Below are positions 37,087 through 47,755 of a stretch of 64,000 nt of DNA, one piece after another. The stretch covers positions 1-64,000 of the IMG/VR virus record IMGVR_UViG_3300030339_000011. The stretch is one strand, 5' to 3'. This DNA is from a virus. The position numbers and the translations under genes are program-made. Under the pieces are notes generated by a model, which worked only from the letters and a program-made list of their open reading frames with translations, ran no database searches and was not told where the DNA came from. How positions within the stretch are numbered: the first letter of the stretch is position 1; the number at the start of each line of letters is the position of its first letter.

Positions 37087-38970
37087 TTATTCATTAGCAT
37101 TTACAATTGTGTTCCTGTCGTATGCTAATTTTTGTTGTCCTGATGAATCTACATATAATTCTTTTGTGTAAGATTGATAAACATGAGTAGATGATGAGAA
37201 ATCCAATCCACCACTAGTACTAAATGAATCAAAAATATTATTCATTCTAAAATAACTTCCAATCCTATTATTTTGAAATAGATTTCCAATACTATTATAT
37301 CCAAAATTACTACCAATAGTATTATAATTAACAAAATTTCCAATAGTATTACCATAAAAATAACTATCAATACTATCATTTCTAAAATTACTACCAATAC
37401 TATTATTTATAAAATTACTACCAATACTATTATAATAAAAATAACTTCCAATACTATTATAATAAAAATCAATACCAATACTATTATATGCAAAATTACT
37501 ACCAATACTATTAGAATTAAAATTACTACCAATACTATTATATCCAAAATTACTACCAATACTATTCATTCTAAAATTACTACCAATACTATTATAATAA
37601 AAAACACTACAAATATTATTCATTCTAAAATCACTACCAATATTATTAGAATAAAAATCACTACCAATACTATTAGCATTAAAATAACTACCGATACTAT
37701 TAGAATTAAAATAACTACCAATACTATTATAAAAAAAATCACTACCAATACTATTAGCATTAAAATAACTACCAATACTATTAGAATAAAAATAACTACC
37801 AATACTATTAGAATAAAAATTACTACCGATACTATTAGAATTAAAATTACTACCAAAAATGACATTATTTGAATTATATAATATTTCTATATTTGAATTA
37901 GGAAATTGAATAATATTAGAATATGCTGTTTCATAATTACTCCAATCACTCCACATATTATAATCAGTATATTCGGTTGAACATGATATTCTTAAATTAC
38001 CAACAGATAAATTATCAGGAAAGATACTAATATAACTTAAATTATTCCATTCAAATAACTTCCAAACTTTTTCATTGTCTTGACTTGGATCTACATTGTA
38101 TGTATTATTAGTTATACAAATATAAATATTTAATGAATCTTTATATGAAACAACACTATTTCTAGTATAGGTTATTCCTGAAATCCAACTATTAGTAACA
38201 TTTATTTGCCATCTTCTAAACTTAGCTTGTCTAAAATCAAAAGGAATATCATTATTTTGTAATGTATCTATTCTTCTATAAATATATCCCTTTGTACAAC
38301 CTGGAATCATAACTTGATCATTTTTATGATTGTAATAAATTACATCCTGAGGATATAAAGTAGAATAAGCTTCTGGTTTCAATGTATTTAATCCACTAGC
38401 TGTAACTAATAACGGTTCAATGATACCAGTAGATAAATAATCATTTGGATATTCAAAAACCTTTGTATCACTCCAATAATTAGGTGATTCATTAGTTGCT
38501 ATAAATGGAACTCCATCACTTACATAACCTACATTACTAAAATCATCATCAGAGTTTTCATCAGGATTATTAGTTTTAAATAAGTAATATATGATATATT
38601 CCTTTCCTATTTCTAAATTATTCCAATATTCAGTGTACGGTATTACATGTACTGTCTGATAATCAGTTATTAAATATGAAGAATTTATTGTTAATCCACT
38701 ATTATTTATTAATTCACTCAATTCATTATATGTAACATTAGTTACTACACTTCCAGTACTTCCTGTATTTGATGTACCATCAACTCCTGATGTACCATTT
38801 AATCCATTTACACCTGAAGTTCCAGATGCTCCAGAATTTCCGTTTCCAGTTGTTCCTGTCATTGCATAAACTTCATTAAAATTGTTATTAATTTTAATGA
38901 ATGAATCTCTTAGATTATCACCAGTGCCGTCATTAGGATATGTGCCGATATTAATTGTTTGTTTGCTCAT
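37087..38970 (-). CDS. famF fibre-like protein, 627 aa. N-terminus GTGDNLRDSFIKINNNFNEVY (phage tail-fibre-like), Gly-rich GXY-like tract, conserved core domain, ~25 eight-residue NSIGSNF repeats, conserved C-terminus
   Basis: Core VTNVTYNELSELINNSGLTI..YLITDYQTVH..IEPLLVTASGLNTLKPEAYSTLYPQDVIYYN..TKGYIYRRIDTLQNNDIPFDFR..FRRWQI is shared with 39034, 40934, 59773 and 61973. C-terminus STHVYQSYTKELYVDSSGQQKL. Confidence 0.75.
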   Translation of the reverse strand: MSKQTINIGTYPNDGTGDNLRDSFIKINNNFNEVYAMTGTTGNGNSGASGTSGVNGLNGTSGVDGTSNTGSTGSVVTNVTYNELSELINNSGLTINSSYLITDYQTVHVIPYTEYWNNLEIGKEYIIYYLFKTNNPDENSDDDFSNVGYVSDGVPFIATNESPNYWSDTKVFEYPNDYLSTGIIEPLLVTASGLNTLKPEAYSTLYPQDVIYYNHKNDQVMIPGCTKGYIYRRIDTLQNNDIPFDFRQAKFRRWQINVTNSWISGITYTRNSVVSYKDSLNIYICITNNTYNVDPSQDNEKVWKLFEWNNLSYISIFPDNLSVGNLRISCSTEYTDYNMWSDWSNYETAYSNIIQFPNSNIEILYNSNNVIFGSNFNSNSIGSNFYSNSIGSYFYSNSIGSYFNANSIGSDFFYNSIGSYFNSNSIGSYFNANSIGSDFYSNNIGSDFRMNNICSVFYYNSIGSNFRMNSIGSNFGYNSIGSNFNSNSIGSNFAYNSIGIDFYYNSIGSYFYYNSIGSNFINNSIGSNFRNDSIDSYFYGNTIGNFVNYNTIGSNFGYNSIGNLFQNNRIGSYFRMNNIFDSFSTSGGLDFSSSTHVYQSYTKELYVDSSGQQKLAYDRNTIVNANE

Positions 38971-38994
38971 TAATATTTTTATTTCTATATATTA
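38971..38994 (-). promoter_or_regulatory. Conserved fibre-gene upstream motif (TAATATATAGAAATAAAAATATTA on the gene strand)
   Basis: The same TATATATAGAAATAAAA element precedes the ATG of genes at 40872, 43333, 59773, 61973 and 63650, and the micro-ORF at 59456. A shorter form precedes 51589. Confidence 0.5.
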
Positions 38995-39033
38995 AAAAAC
39001 TCAGTTAAAATTAATTAACTGAGTTGTTTATTT

Positions 39034-40872
39034 TTATTCATTAGCATCTACAATTATCATCTTGTCATATATTAACTTCTTATTACCTGATGAATCTATG
39101 TATAATTCTTTATTGTATTGATTGTAAACATGAGTAGATGATGAAAAATCCAATCCACCACTAGTACTAAATGAATCAAAAATATTATTCATTCTAAAAT
39201 AACTTCCAATCGTATTATAATAAAACAAACTTCCAATACTATTATTTTGAAAATTAATTCCAATACTATTAGAATTAAAATTACTACCGATACTATTATT
39301 TATAAAATTACTACCAATACTATTATAATAAAAATAACTTCCAATAGAATTGTAATTGAAATAACTTCCAATATTATTATCATAAAAACCACTTTCAATA
39401 GAATTATTCTCACATGAAATTCCTATTGTGTTATTTCTAAAATAACTTACAACATTATTATTATCAAAATTCCTTCCAATGTTATTAGAAGAAAAACTAC
39501 TTACTATTATATTATTACTAAAACTACTTCCAATTGTATTATTACCAAATTCACTTCCAATAATATTATATTGACACCCTTTTCCTATGCTATTTTGATA
39601 ATATCCACTTCCAATTGTATTATTCATAAAATCCATTCCAATTGTATTATTATTAAATTCACTTCCAATAATATTATTTCGAAAATTGCTTCCAATATTA
39701 TTACCATCAAATCCACTTCCAATTGTATTACAATTGAAATCACCACCAAAAATCACACTATTTGAGTATCTAATTAAGTCCCCATATTGTGAATTAGATG
39801 AGCCTATTTTATTTGAATATGATGATAAATAATTAGTCCAATCACTCCACATATTATAATCAGTATATCCTGTTGAACACATAATTTCTACATTATTACC
39901 AATATAACAAGAATCTGGATAAATACTTATATATGATAAATTACTCCATTCAAATATCTTCCAAAAATTATCACTATCTTGAATTGGATCAATATTAGTT
40001 ACATTATCAGATAAACATATATAAATATCTGAATTTCCACATAATACTACATCATTCCTATTATAAGTAGTACTTGAAATCCAAATGTTAGTGACATCAA
40101 TCTGCCATCTTCTAAATTTTACATTCCTGAAATCAAAAGATATATCATTATCATGTAAAGTATCAACTCTTCTGTAAATATATCCTTTTGTGCATCCAGG
40201 TGTAATAATTTGATCACTCTTATGATTATAATAAATTACGTCCTGAGAATATAAAGTAGAATATGCTTCTGGTTTTAATGTATCAACACTACTTGATGTT
40301 ACTAATAAAGGTTCAATTTGTGAAGTAAACAAATAATCAGTTGAGTAATCATATACATAAGTATTATCCCAATAATTAGGATATTCATTCGTTGATACAA
40401 ATGGAACACCATCACTTAAATATCCAACATTACTAAAATCGTCAGATTCATCATCAGGATTATTGCTTTTGAATAAATGATATATAATATATTCTTTACC
40501 TATTTGTAAATTGTTCCAATATTCTGTATTAGGTATAATATGTACTGTCTGATAGTCAGTAATTAAATAAGATGAATTTGTTGTTAATCCACTATTATTT
40601 ATTAATTCACTCAATTCATTATATGTAACATTAGTTACTACACTTCCAGTACTTCCTGTATTTGATGTACCATCAACTCCTGATGTACCATTTAATCCAT
40701 TTGTTCCATTAAATCCTGATGTTCCAGATGTTCCAGAATTTCCGTTTTCTGTTGTTCCTGTCATTGCATAAACTTCATTAAAATTGTTATTAATTTTAAT
40801 GAATGAATCTCTTAGATTATCTCCAGTTCCATCATTTGGATAAGTACCGATATTAATTGTTTGTTTGCTCAT
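39034..40872 (-). CDS. famF fibre-like protein, 612 aa (same architecture as 37087..38970)
   Basis: Near-identical N-terminus MSKQTINIGTYPNDGTGDNLRDSFIKINNNF. More divergent repeat block. Same C-terminus. Confidence 0.75.
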   Translation of the reverse strand: MSKQTINIGTYPNDGTGDNLRDSFIKINNNFNEVYAMTGTTENGNSGTSGTSGFNGTNGLNGTSGVDGTSNTGSTGSVVTNVTYNELSELINNSGLTTNSSYLITDYQTVHIIPNTEYWNNLQIGKEYIIYHLFKSNNPDDESDDFSNVGYLSDGVPFVSTNEYPNYWDNTYVYDYSTDYLFTSQIEPLLVTSSSVDTLKPEAYSTLYSQDVIYYNHKSDQIITPGCTKGYIYRRVDTLHDNDISFDFRNVKFRRWQIDVTNIWISSTTYNRNDVVLCGNSDIYICLSDNVTNIDPIQDSDNFWKIFEWSNLSYISIYPDSCYIGNNVEIMCSTGYTDYNMWSDWTNYLSSYSNKIGSSNSQYGDLIRYSNSVIFGGDFNCNTIGSGFDGNNIGSNFRNNIIGSEFNNNTIGMDFMNNTIGSGYYQNSIGKGCQYNIIGSEFGNNTIGSSFSNNIIVSSFSSNNIGRNFDNNNVVSYFRNNTIGISCENNSIESGFYDNNIGSYFNYNSIGSYFYYNSIGSNFINNSIGSNFNSNSIGINFQNNSIGSLFYYNTIGSYFRMNNIFDSFSTSGGLDFSSSTHVYNQYNKELYIDSSGNKKLIYDKMIIVDANE

Positions 40873-40933
40873 TAATATTTTTATTTCTATATATTAAAAA
40901 ACTCAGTTAAAATTAATTAACTGAGTTAGTTTA

Positions 40934-43333
40934 TTATGCATTTGCATCTACAATTATCATCTTGTCATATATTAACTTCTTATTACCTGATGAATCTATG
41001 TATAATTCTTTATTATATGAATTATAAACATGAGTGGATAATGAGAAATCTACTCCAGTATAATCAAAATTAAAATTATCAAAAACATTATTCATAATAA
41101 ACCCACTTCCAACTGTATTATATTTAAAATCACTTTCAATAGTATTCTGATTGAAATTATCACCAATATTATTCTGATAAAAATTATATCCAGTTGTATT
41201 TTTAGAGAAATTATTACCTATTGTACAATTAGAAAAATAAATTTTTAATATATTATTATTAAAGTTATCTCCTATTGAATTATTATTAAACACTCCATTA
41301 ATAATATTACTATTAAAGTTATCACCAATAGAATTATTATATTGAAAATAATTTTTTATATCATTACTAGCAAAAGAATTTCCTATTTTATTACTTTGGA
41401 ATCCATTTACTATTAAATTATCCCGAAAATCACCCAAAATAATATTATAATTAAATGAACTTCCTATTATGTTATTTTGAAAACTATCTCCTGTTTTATT
41501 ATTATAAAAATTAATTCCTGTATTATTATATTGAAAATATTTTCCTATATTATTATCATGACAATTATCACCCATTACATTATTGTTAAAACTATTTCTA
41601 ATTATATTATTAGTAAAATAATTTCCGTTAATCTCATTTGAATTAAATCCATCTAAAATAATATTACCATAAAAATCATCACCAGATGAATTATTATGAA
41701 ATCCATTAGAAATTGAATTTCTGCCAAAATCACCATACGTATTATTATTTGTAAAATCAGACCCTATTGAATTATTATAAAAAACATCTATTATTATATT
41801 ATTTCTAAAATTATTCTTTATTGAATTATTACTAAACTCTGCATAAATATCATTATTACTAGATGAACCATAAAAAATAGAATTACTATAAGATATATTA
41901 TTACGATTAGCCATTGAATTAATCTTATTCGAATAAGAAGATATATAACCATTATAACCCCAATTGATCCACATGTTATAATCAGTATATCCAGTTGAAC
42001 AATTTATTGAAAAATTAGAAAGACTCCAGCTATTATTAACTGGACTTACATAACTTAAATTGGTCCATTCAAATAACTTCCATGAATTTTCATTATCACT
42101 TGATGGATCAATTCCAGTTACATTATCATTTAAACAAATATAAATATTATTAGAGTTAGGATATAAAACTACACTATTCTTATTGTATGATGTTGAATTT
42201 TCCCATGTATTTGATGTGACGTCAATTTGCCACCTACGAAACTTAACATTTCGGAAATCAAATGGAATATCATTATTCTGAAATGTATCTATCCTTCTAT
42301 AAATATATCCCATTGTGCTACCATCTATCACTTTTGTCATTGCCATACTATCTACGATTTTTGGATCATTACTCACTTCATAGTAAATTATATCTTGAGG
42401 AAATAAACTTGAATATGACTCAGGCTTTAATGTATTTAATCCACTTGCAGTTACTAATAAAGGTTCTATGATACCAGTATTAATATCACTTGTATTAGGT
42501 ATGGCATGAACTGTCTGATAATCAGTAATCAAATACTGACTACCAATTGTTAATCCGCTATCATTAATCAATTCACTTAATTCATTGTATGTAACATCAG
42601 TTACGGAAGAACCTCCTCCTGTTGGTAAATTGTCAATATCACTAGCATATATCTTTCTATCTAATGTTGGTCTAATATGAGTTAAGTCATCAGTTGTCGT
42701 TATGTCATATACATTATTTTCATCATCATTATATGAACATACTGCACCAAATGTTCCAGAAAAATCTGAACCAATAGGATCACCATTTTGATAATGTCTA
42801 ACTGCTAAATTCTGTTGCAACCACACTTGGCTACCAATTGTTACAGAGTGATAAGTGTCTCCATCAATAATTACATCGCCTTCATTATTAGAATCATTTT
42901 TAATAAGCTTAATATATGATCCAAATTTTAAAGAATCAACCCCTCCAGAATTTCCAACATAAAATGTATTATTAACATAATAATAAACGTATTTAATGTA
43001 AGAGCCATCCCACTCCGTAGTCATAATTCTTTCTAAACTATTAATACCGGCAAATTCAAATGGGTAATTATATTGACCACCATATATACCTCCAGATAAT
43101 AATATCGGGAATCCATTGGCTTCATTTAATGTTTGGCATTCTGCTACTGTAGCTATATGCCATCCTATAGGAGCAATACCTCTTGAATCAGTTGCTGCAT
43201 ACCAATTGTAAAGCCTGCCGTATTTAATAGTTTTTCCTGTAATTGAAGGTATTAATTCCCAAAATGATTCACCAGTACCTCCGCTCAATTTTCCATCTAC
43301 CCACTCTTCACTTGCTAATTGTATATTTAACAT
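40934..43333 (-). CDS. famF fibre-like protein, 799 aa: MLNIQLASEEWV anchor, then a Fib_succ_major-like domain, then fibre core, repeats and C-terminus
   Basis: N-terminal region has KYGRLYNWYAATDSRGIAPIGWHIATVAECQTL and GSQVWLQQNL, matching hallmarks of the Fibrobacter succinogenes major paralogous domain (TIGR02145). Core and C-terminus (STHVYNSYNKELYIDSSGNKKLIYDKMIIVDANA) as in the other fibre genes. Confidence 0.7.
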   Translation of the reverse strand: MLNIQLASEEWVDGKLSGGTGESFWELIPSITGKTIKYGRLYNWYAATDSRGIAPIGWHIATVAECQTLNEANGFPILLSGGIYGGQYNYPFEFAGINSLERIMTTEWDGSYIKYVYYYVNNTFYVGNSGGVDSLKFGSYIKLIKNDSNNEGDVIIDGDTYHSVTIGSQVWLQQNLAVRHYQNGDPIGSDFSGTFGAVCSYNDDENNVYDITTTDDLTHIRPTLDRKIYASDIDNLPTGGGSSVTDVTYNELSELINDSGLTIGSQYLITDYQTVHAIPNTSDINTGIIEPLLVTASGLNTLKPESYSSLFPQDIIYYEVSNDPKIVDSMAMTKVIDGSTMGYIYRRIDTFQNNDIPFDFRNVKFRRWQIDVTSNTWENSTSYNKNSVVLYPNSNNIYICLNDNVTGIDPSSDNENSWKLFEWTNLSYVSPVNNSWSLSNFSINCSTGYTDYNMWINWGYNGYISSYSNKINSMANRNNISYSNSIFYGSSSNNDIYAEFSNNSIKNNFRNNIIIDVFYNNSIGSDFTNNNTYGDFGRNSISNGFHNNSSGDDFYGNIILDGFNSNEINGNYFTNNIIRNSFNNNVMGDNCHDNNIGKYFQYNNTGINFYNNKTGDSFQNNIIGSSFNYNIILGDFRDNLIVNGFQSNKIGNSFASNDIKNYFQYNNSIGDNFNSNIINGVFNNNSIGDNFNNNILKIYFSNCTIGNNFSKNTTGYNFYQNNIGDNFNQNTIESDFKYNTVGSGFIMNNVFDNFNFDYTGVDFSLSTHVYNSYNKELYIDSSGNKKLIYDKMIIVDANA

Positions 43334-43423
43334 AAGTTATTTTTATTTCTATATATAAAAATATATAAAAAAATAACATTTGTGAACACAAATGTTATTA
43401 TATACCTTACTAATTTTTATATT

Positions 43424-44110
43424 TTAAATATTAAATTTGCTCATATCACCAACCTCAGGCTGATTCTCACTCATCCATTTTTTATAACCATCTAAATCAT
43501 CATAAGGCAAATTATTACCATCACAATCTAAATATAATAATGATGAAGGTAATATAGGTAATGTTTTTAAATTGTTGTTAGAACATTTTAAATCCTTTAA
43601 GCCCTCAGATAAATAAGGTAAGGATGATAACTCATTGTTCTTGCAATCTAATATTTTTAATCCATCAGGTAAAGTAGGCAATGAAGTTAAAAAATTATCA
43701 AAACAATGTAACTCTATTAATCCATCAGGTAAAGTAGGTAATGAAATCAATTTATTGTCCCTACAATATATCTCCCTTATATTCTTAGGTAAATTAGGTA
43801 ATGAATATATTTCATTATTAGAACAATCTAAATATATTAATCTATCAGGTAAAGTAGGTAATGATGTTAAATGATTTTTTGAACAACATAACTCTAATAA
43901 TCTGTCAGGTAACTCTGGTAATGAATCTAATAAATTACCCCTACAATCTAAATCTTCTAATGTACTTGGTAACTTAGGTAACTCTGTTAATATGTTATAT
44001 TTACATGATAAATTTGTTAATCCTTCTTGTAAATCTGGTAACTTACCTAATTTTTTTATATCACAAATTAACGTTTGTTCAATACCCTCAAACTTCTTTA
44101 TATATTTCAT
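43424..44110 (-). CDS. famC LRR protein. Start moved to MKYIKKFEG
   Basis: The track ORF (43424..44140) reads upstream. ATGA overlap with the GNAT gene. ~9 repeats; ends MSKFNI. Confidence 0.7.
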   Translation of the reverse strand: MKYIKKFEGIEQTLICDIKKLGKLPDLQEGLTNLSCKYNILTELPKLPSTLEDLDCRGNLLDSLPELPDRLLELCCSKNHLTSLPTLPDRLIYLDCSNNEIYSLPNLPKNIREIYCRDNKLISLPTLPDGLIELHCFDNFLTSLPTLPDGLKILDCKNNELSSLPYLSEGLKDLKCSNNNLKTLPILPSSLLYLDCDGNNLPYDDLDGYKKWMSENQPEVGDMSKFNI

Positions 44111-44520
44111 GATTTTAGTTTTTTTATTAAGATGAAACATGAATCCTTATCAGTATCATCTTTATTCATTTTATCAGAATCTTGAAACACTTTGAACCCA
44201 CAACCTAAATATAATTTTACAGCACCTTCATTATTTTTAAATACAAGTAATGTGATAATATCAATACCAAGATCATCTTTAATATAATCAAACATCTGAT
44301 TTAGTAAGTATTTAGCATACCCTTTTCTCTTAAATCTATTAACAGTCCTTAAATTAAATATTGTAATATACTCGTCCTTAAACCATTTATCTGGTTTTTC
44401 TATCCTATATTCAGTCTCAGATACTAATATATCATCTAAAAATAACTGAAATTTATTATTAGTCTTGTCAATTATAAAGGTTTTTTCTTCTTTCTTCTCA
44501 TAACTTTTTATATACTTCAT
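44107..44520 (-). CDS. GNAT-family N-acetyltransferase with a famC-type N-terminus (MKYIKSYEKK)
   Basis: Motif A/B-like RFKRKGYAKYLLNQMFDYI ... AVKLYLGCGFKV. Confidence 0.6.
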   Translation of the reverse strand: MKYIKSYEKKEEKTFIIDKTNNKFQLFLDDILVSETEYRIEKPDKWFKDEYITIFNLRTVNRFKRKGYAKYLLNQMFDYIKDDLGIDIITLLVFKNNEGAVKLYLGCGFKVFQDSDKMNKDDTDKDSCFILIKKLKS

Positions 44521-44522
44521 GA

Positions 44523-44924
44523 TTATATGTTAAATTTATTTACATCAATAAACATCTGATATCCTTTTGTGTCAAATGATAAATCATCTGGTAGATTATC
44601 TAAATTTATTATATGTAATATACTATTATTAATAAGACTACTAGAAAGATTTTTTGATTCATGATATATATTAGACTCAATATAATCAAATAATCCTGGA
44701 TATCTATAAATAAATTCAGGAGTAGCAAATATTCTACCATCTTTATCAACTTGATTTATCTTAAATATTGTCTGATTACGGTCATTACACATATTTATAT
44801 CATTATAAGGCAAACTTTGAATATTAATATAATCTCCATCCTTTTTAATCAATTCTAAAAAATCATGTAATCTATTAAAAAAAATATTCTGAGACATTGT
44901 TTCAAATTTCTTTATATACTTCAT
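44523..44924 (-). CDS. famC protein with a unique body (MKYIKKFETMS ... VNKFNI)
   Basis: ORF track. Conserved termini. Confidence 0.6.
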   Translation of the reverse strand: MKYIKKFETMSQNIFFNRLHDFLELIKKDGDYINIQSLPYNDINMCNDRNQTIFKINQVDKDGRIFATPEFIYRYPGLFDYIESNIYHESKNLSSSLINNSILHIINLDNLPDDLSFDTKGYQMFIDVNKFNI

Positions 44925-44926
44925 AG

Positions 44927-45427
44927 TTATATGTTAAATTTATTTGCAGAATACTTCTCTGGAAATTCTTTAAAATCCTTATAACCATCTAAGTTATTAT
45001 AAGGTAAATTATTACCATAACAATATAACCTCTCTAATGAATCAGGTAACTCTGGTAATTCAGATATATTATTGCTCTCACAATCTAAATATTTTAATGT
45101 ATTAGGTAATTTAGGCAATGATGTTAATTCATTACTTGTACAAAACAATTCCTCTAATGTATCAGGTAACTCAGGCAACTCACTTATTTTATTATAACAA
45201 CAATCTAAGCCAATTAATTTAGTAGGTATCTCTGGTAATTTCGTTAATTTATTACTAGAACAATTTAAATTTTTTAATGTAACAGGTAACTTTGGTAACG
45301 TAGTTAAATCATTACCAAGACAATTTAAATTTAATAATGTACTAGGCAACTTCGGTAACTTACTCAATCCTTTTTGAAAACAATTTAATGTTGTTACTAT
45401 GCCCTCAAACTCCTTTATATACTTCAT
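44927..45427 (-). CDS. famC LRR protein, 166 aa
   Basis: MKYIKEFEG ... ANKFNI. Confidence 0.75.
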   Translation of the reverse strand: MKYIKEFEGIVTTLNCFQKGLSKLPKLPSTLLNLNCLGNDLTTLPKLPVTLKNLNCSSNKLTKLPEIPTKLIGLDCCYNKISELPELPDTLEELFCTSNELTSLPKLPNTLKYLDCESNNISELPELPDSLERLYCYGNNLPYNNLDGYKDFKEFPEKYSANKFNI

Positions 45428-45429
45428 AA

Positions 45430-45747
45430 TTAAATATTAAATTTTGTTGCACAAACTGATAACATATATTTATTTTTCTCCTCATCTGTAGCATCTTTTG
45501 TTATTTTATTTATATTAGACCTTTTGATTTGTATGTAACCATCACTTAACGTATTGAAATTAACATCTTTTGATTTTATCTCATATGTATCACCAATATA
45601 ATTACAAAAATAATCATAAAATTCATAATTTAAAGAATTAGTCTTAGATAACCTTAATTTACCTATCGCTCTGAAATCTTTATAATTATAACTAAATATA
45701 TCATCAAATGATTTTACTATACCCTCAAACTCCTTTATATACTTCAT
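45430..45747 (-). CDS. famC protein with a unique body (MKYIKEFEGIV ... CATKFNI)
   Basis: ORF track. Confidence 0.6.
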   Translation of the reverse strand: MKYIKEFEGIVKSFDDIFSYNYKDFRAIGKLRLSKTNSLNYEFYDYFCNYIGDTYEIKSKDVNFNTLSDGYIQIKRSNINKITKDATDEEKNKYMLSVCATKFNI

Positions 45748-45749
45748 GA

Positions 45750-46337
45750 TTAAATATTAAATTTTCTTGATTGAAAAATATCAGGCTGATTTATCTCTAA
45801 CCATTCATTATATTCTTTCAAATTTTTATATGGTAAATTATTACCGCCACAATCTAAATATTCTAATGTATAATGCAATAATGGTAACTCACTTAAATTG
45901 TTATCATGACAATCCAATTCTTTTAATGATAATGGTAATATAGGTAGAGAAGTTAAATTATTTTTATAACAACTTAATTTTATTAATGTACTTGGTAATT
46001 TAGGTAACTCAGTCAATTCGTTTTTATAACAATTAAATTTTATTAATGTATCAGGTAATTCAGGTAACTCAGTTAATTTATTATTACTACAAAATAATAC
46101 TTCTAATCCATCAGGTAAAGTTGGTAAAGAGTATAATAAATTTTTACCACAATATAACTCTTTTAATGTATCAGGCAACTCTGTAAACTCACTTATCTTA
46201 TTTCCACTACAATACAATTTCTCTAATGTATCTGACAACTCAGGTAACTCTGTTATGCCTTCTCCAAAACTTGTATTAGTTAATTTTAAGATATTGTCTT
46301 CGTTCTCTATATGTTCAAACTTTTTTATATACTTCAT
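45750..46337 (-). CDS. famC LRR protein, 195 aa
   Basis: MKYIKKFEH ... SRKFNI. Confidence 0.75.
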   Translation of the reverse strand: MKYIKKFEHIENEDNILKLTNTSFGEGITELPELSDTLEKLYCSGNKISEFTELPDTLKELYCGKNLLYSLPTLPDGLEVLFCSNNKLTELPELPDTLIKFNCYKNELTELPKLPSTLIKLSCYKNNLTSLPILPLSLKELDCHDNNLSELPLLHYTLEYLDCGGNNLPYKNLKEYNEWLEINQPDIFQSRKFNI

Positions 46338-46339
46338 TG

Positions 46340-46858
46340 CTATATGTTAAATTTATTTGCTCCACCAATCTCAGGATGATTTTCTTCTAACCACTTCTTA
46401 TATCCAATTAAATCATTATAAGGTAAATTGTTCCTTGAACATGTTAATGTTCGTAATGTATTAGGTAATAAAGGCAACTCACTCAAATTGTTATCCTGAC
46501 AATATAACTCCTTTAATCCATCAGGTAAAATAGGTAACTCACTTAATTTATTATCAGCACACGATAATATAAATAATGTATCAGGTAACTTTGGTAACTC
46601 AATTAATTCATTTTCATAACAATATAATATCTCTAATCCATCAGGTAGATTTGGTAATCTCTCTAATCTGTTCCTTGTACAATCTAAATATCTTAATGTA
46701 TCAGGTAACTTAGGTAATGTATGTAAATTGTTAAGAGAACAACGTAACTTCTCTAATGTATCAGGTAAATTAGTTAAATCATTAATATTTTCATCATTAC
46801 AATCTAAATCTGTAACAATACTCTCAAATTTCTTATTAAATCTCTTTATATACTTCAT
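46340..46858 (-). CDS. famC LRR protein, 172 aa
   Basis: MKYIKRFNK ... ANKFNI. Confidence 0.75.
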   Translation of the reverse strand: MKYIKRFNKKFESIVTDLDCNDENINDLTNLPDTLEKLRCSLNNLHTLPKLPDTLRYLDCTRNRLERLPNLPDGLEILYCYENELIELPKLPDTLFILSCADNKLSELPILPDGLKELYCQDNNLSELPLLPNTLRTLTCSRNNLPYNDLIGYKKWLEENHPEIGGANKFNI

Positions 46859-46860
46859 AG

Positions 46861-47310
46861 TTATATGTTAAATTTATTAGCTGCATACTTCTCTGGAAAT
46901 TCTTTCCAATCATTATAACTATCCAAATCATAATATGGAAAATCATTTCCTCCACAATCTAAATTCTCTAATGATGCAGGCAAATCAGGTAATGAATTTA
47001 ACTTATTATTAGAACAATCTAATATCCTTAATCCTTCAGGTAACTTTGGTAAATATTTTAATTTGTTGTTGTAACAATATAATATCTCTAATGTATTAGG
47101 TAACTTCGGCAATGACATTAAATAATTACTGTTGCAATATAATGTCTTCAAATTGATAGGCAACTCAGGTAATTCATTTAAATAATTATCATTGCAATAT
47201 AATGTAACCAATCCATTAGGTAAATCAGGTAATACAGTTAAATAAGATTTAGAATAATCTAATGGCATTATCAAAATTTTTATCTTCTCAAAACTCTTTA
47301 TATACTTCAT
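46861..47310 (-). CDS. famC LRR protein, 149 aa
   Basis: MKYIKSFEK ... ANKFNI. Confidence 0.75.
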   Translation of the reverse strand: MKYIKSFEKIKILIMPLDYSKSYLTVLPDLPNGLVTLYCNDNYLNELPELPINLKTLYCNSNYLMSLPKLPNTLEILYCYNNKLKYLPKLPEGLRILDCSNNKLNSLPDLPASLENLDCGGNDFPYYDLDSYNDWKEFPEKYAANKFNI

Positions 47311-47312
47311 TG

Positions 47313-47753
47313 TTATATGTTAAATTTTTTAGCCATTCCCTGAGGAGTTTTAGAATACCAAAATTTATATCCATCTAAATCCTCATAAGGTAAATTGTTA
47401 CCACCACAATGTAATATACTTAAATTTTCAGGCAACTCAGGCAAATCACTTAATTTATTGTTAGAACAATATAACATTTTCAATGTATTAGGCAACTTAG
47501 GTAATGACGTTAATTCATTATTAGTACAATATAATTCTTTTAATTCAATAGGTAACTCAGGCAACTCTGTTAAATAATTAAAATTGCAAACTATATTCTC
47601 TAATGTATCAGGTAATATAGGTAACTCAGTTAATTTATTACGATGACAACGCAATGTTATCAAATTATTAGGCAACTTAGGTAATTTTGTTAACTGTTGA
47701 TCAGAACATTCAAAATCTGTAACTCTACTCTCAAACCTCTTTATATACTTCAT
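47313..47753 (-). CDS. famC LRR protein, 146 aa
   Basis: MKYIKRFES ... AKKFNI. Confidence 0.75.
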   Translation of the reverse strand: MKYIKRFESRVTDFECSDQQLTKLPKLPNNLITLRCHRNKLTELPILPDTLENIVCNFNYLTELPELPIELKELYCTNNELTSLPKLPNTLKMLYCSNNKLSDLPELPENLSILHCGGNNLPYEDLDGYKFWYSKTPQGMAKKFNI

Positions 47754-47755
47754 TG

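Noticed and set aside
37620-37865. 81-aa hydrophobic ORF (VVIFILIVL repeats) inside fibre gene 37087..38970
   Set aside because: A same-strand alternative frame through the 24-bp octapeptide DNA repeats. It is a product of periodicity. 39571..39765, 42262..42471, 60913..61173 and 63672..63959 fall in the same class.
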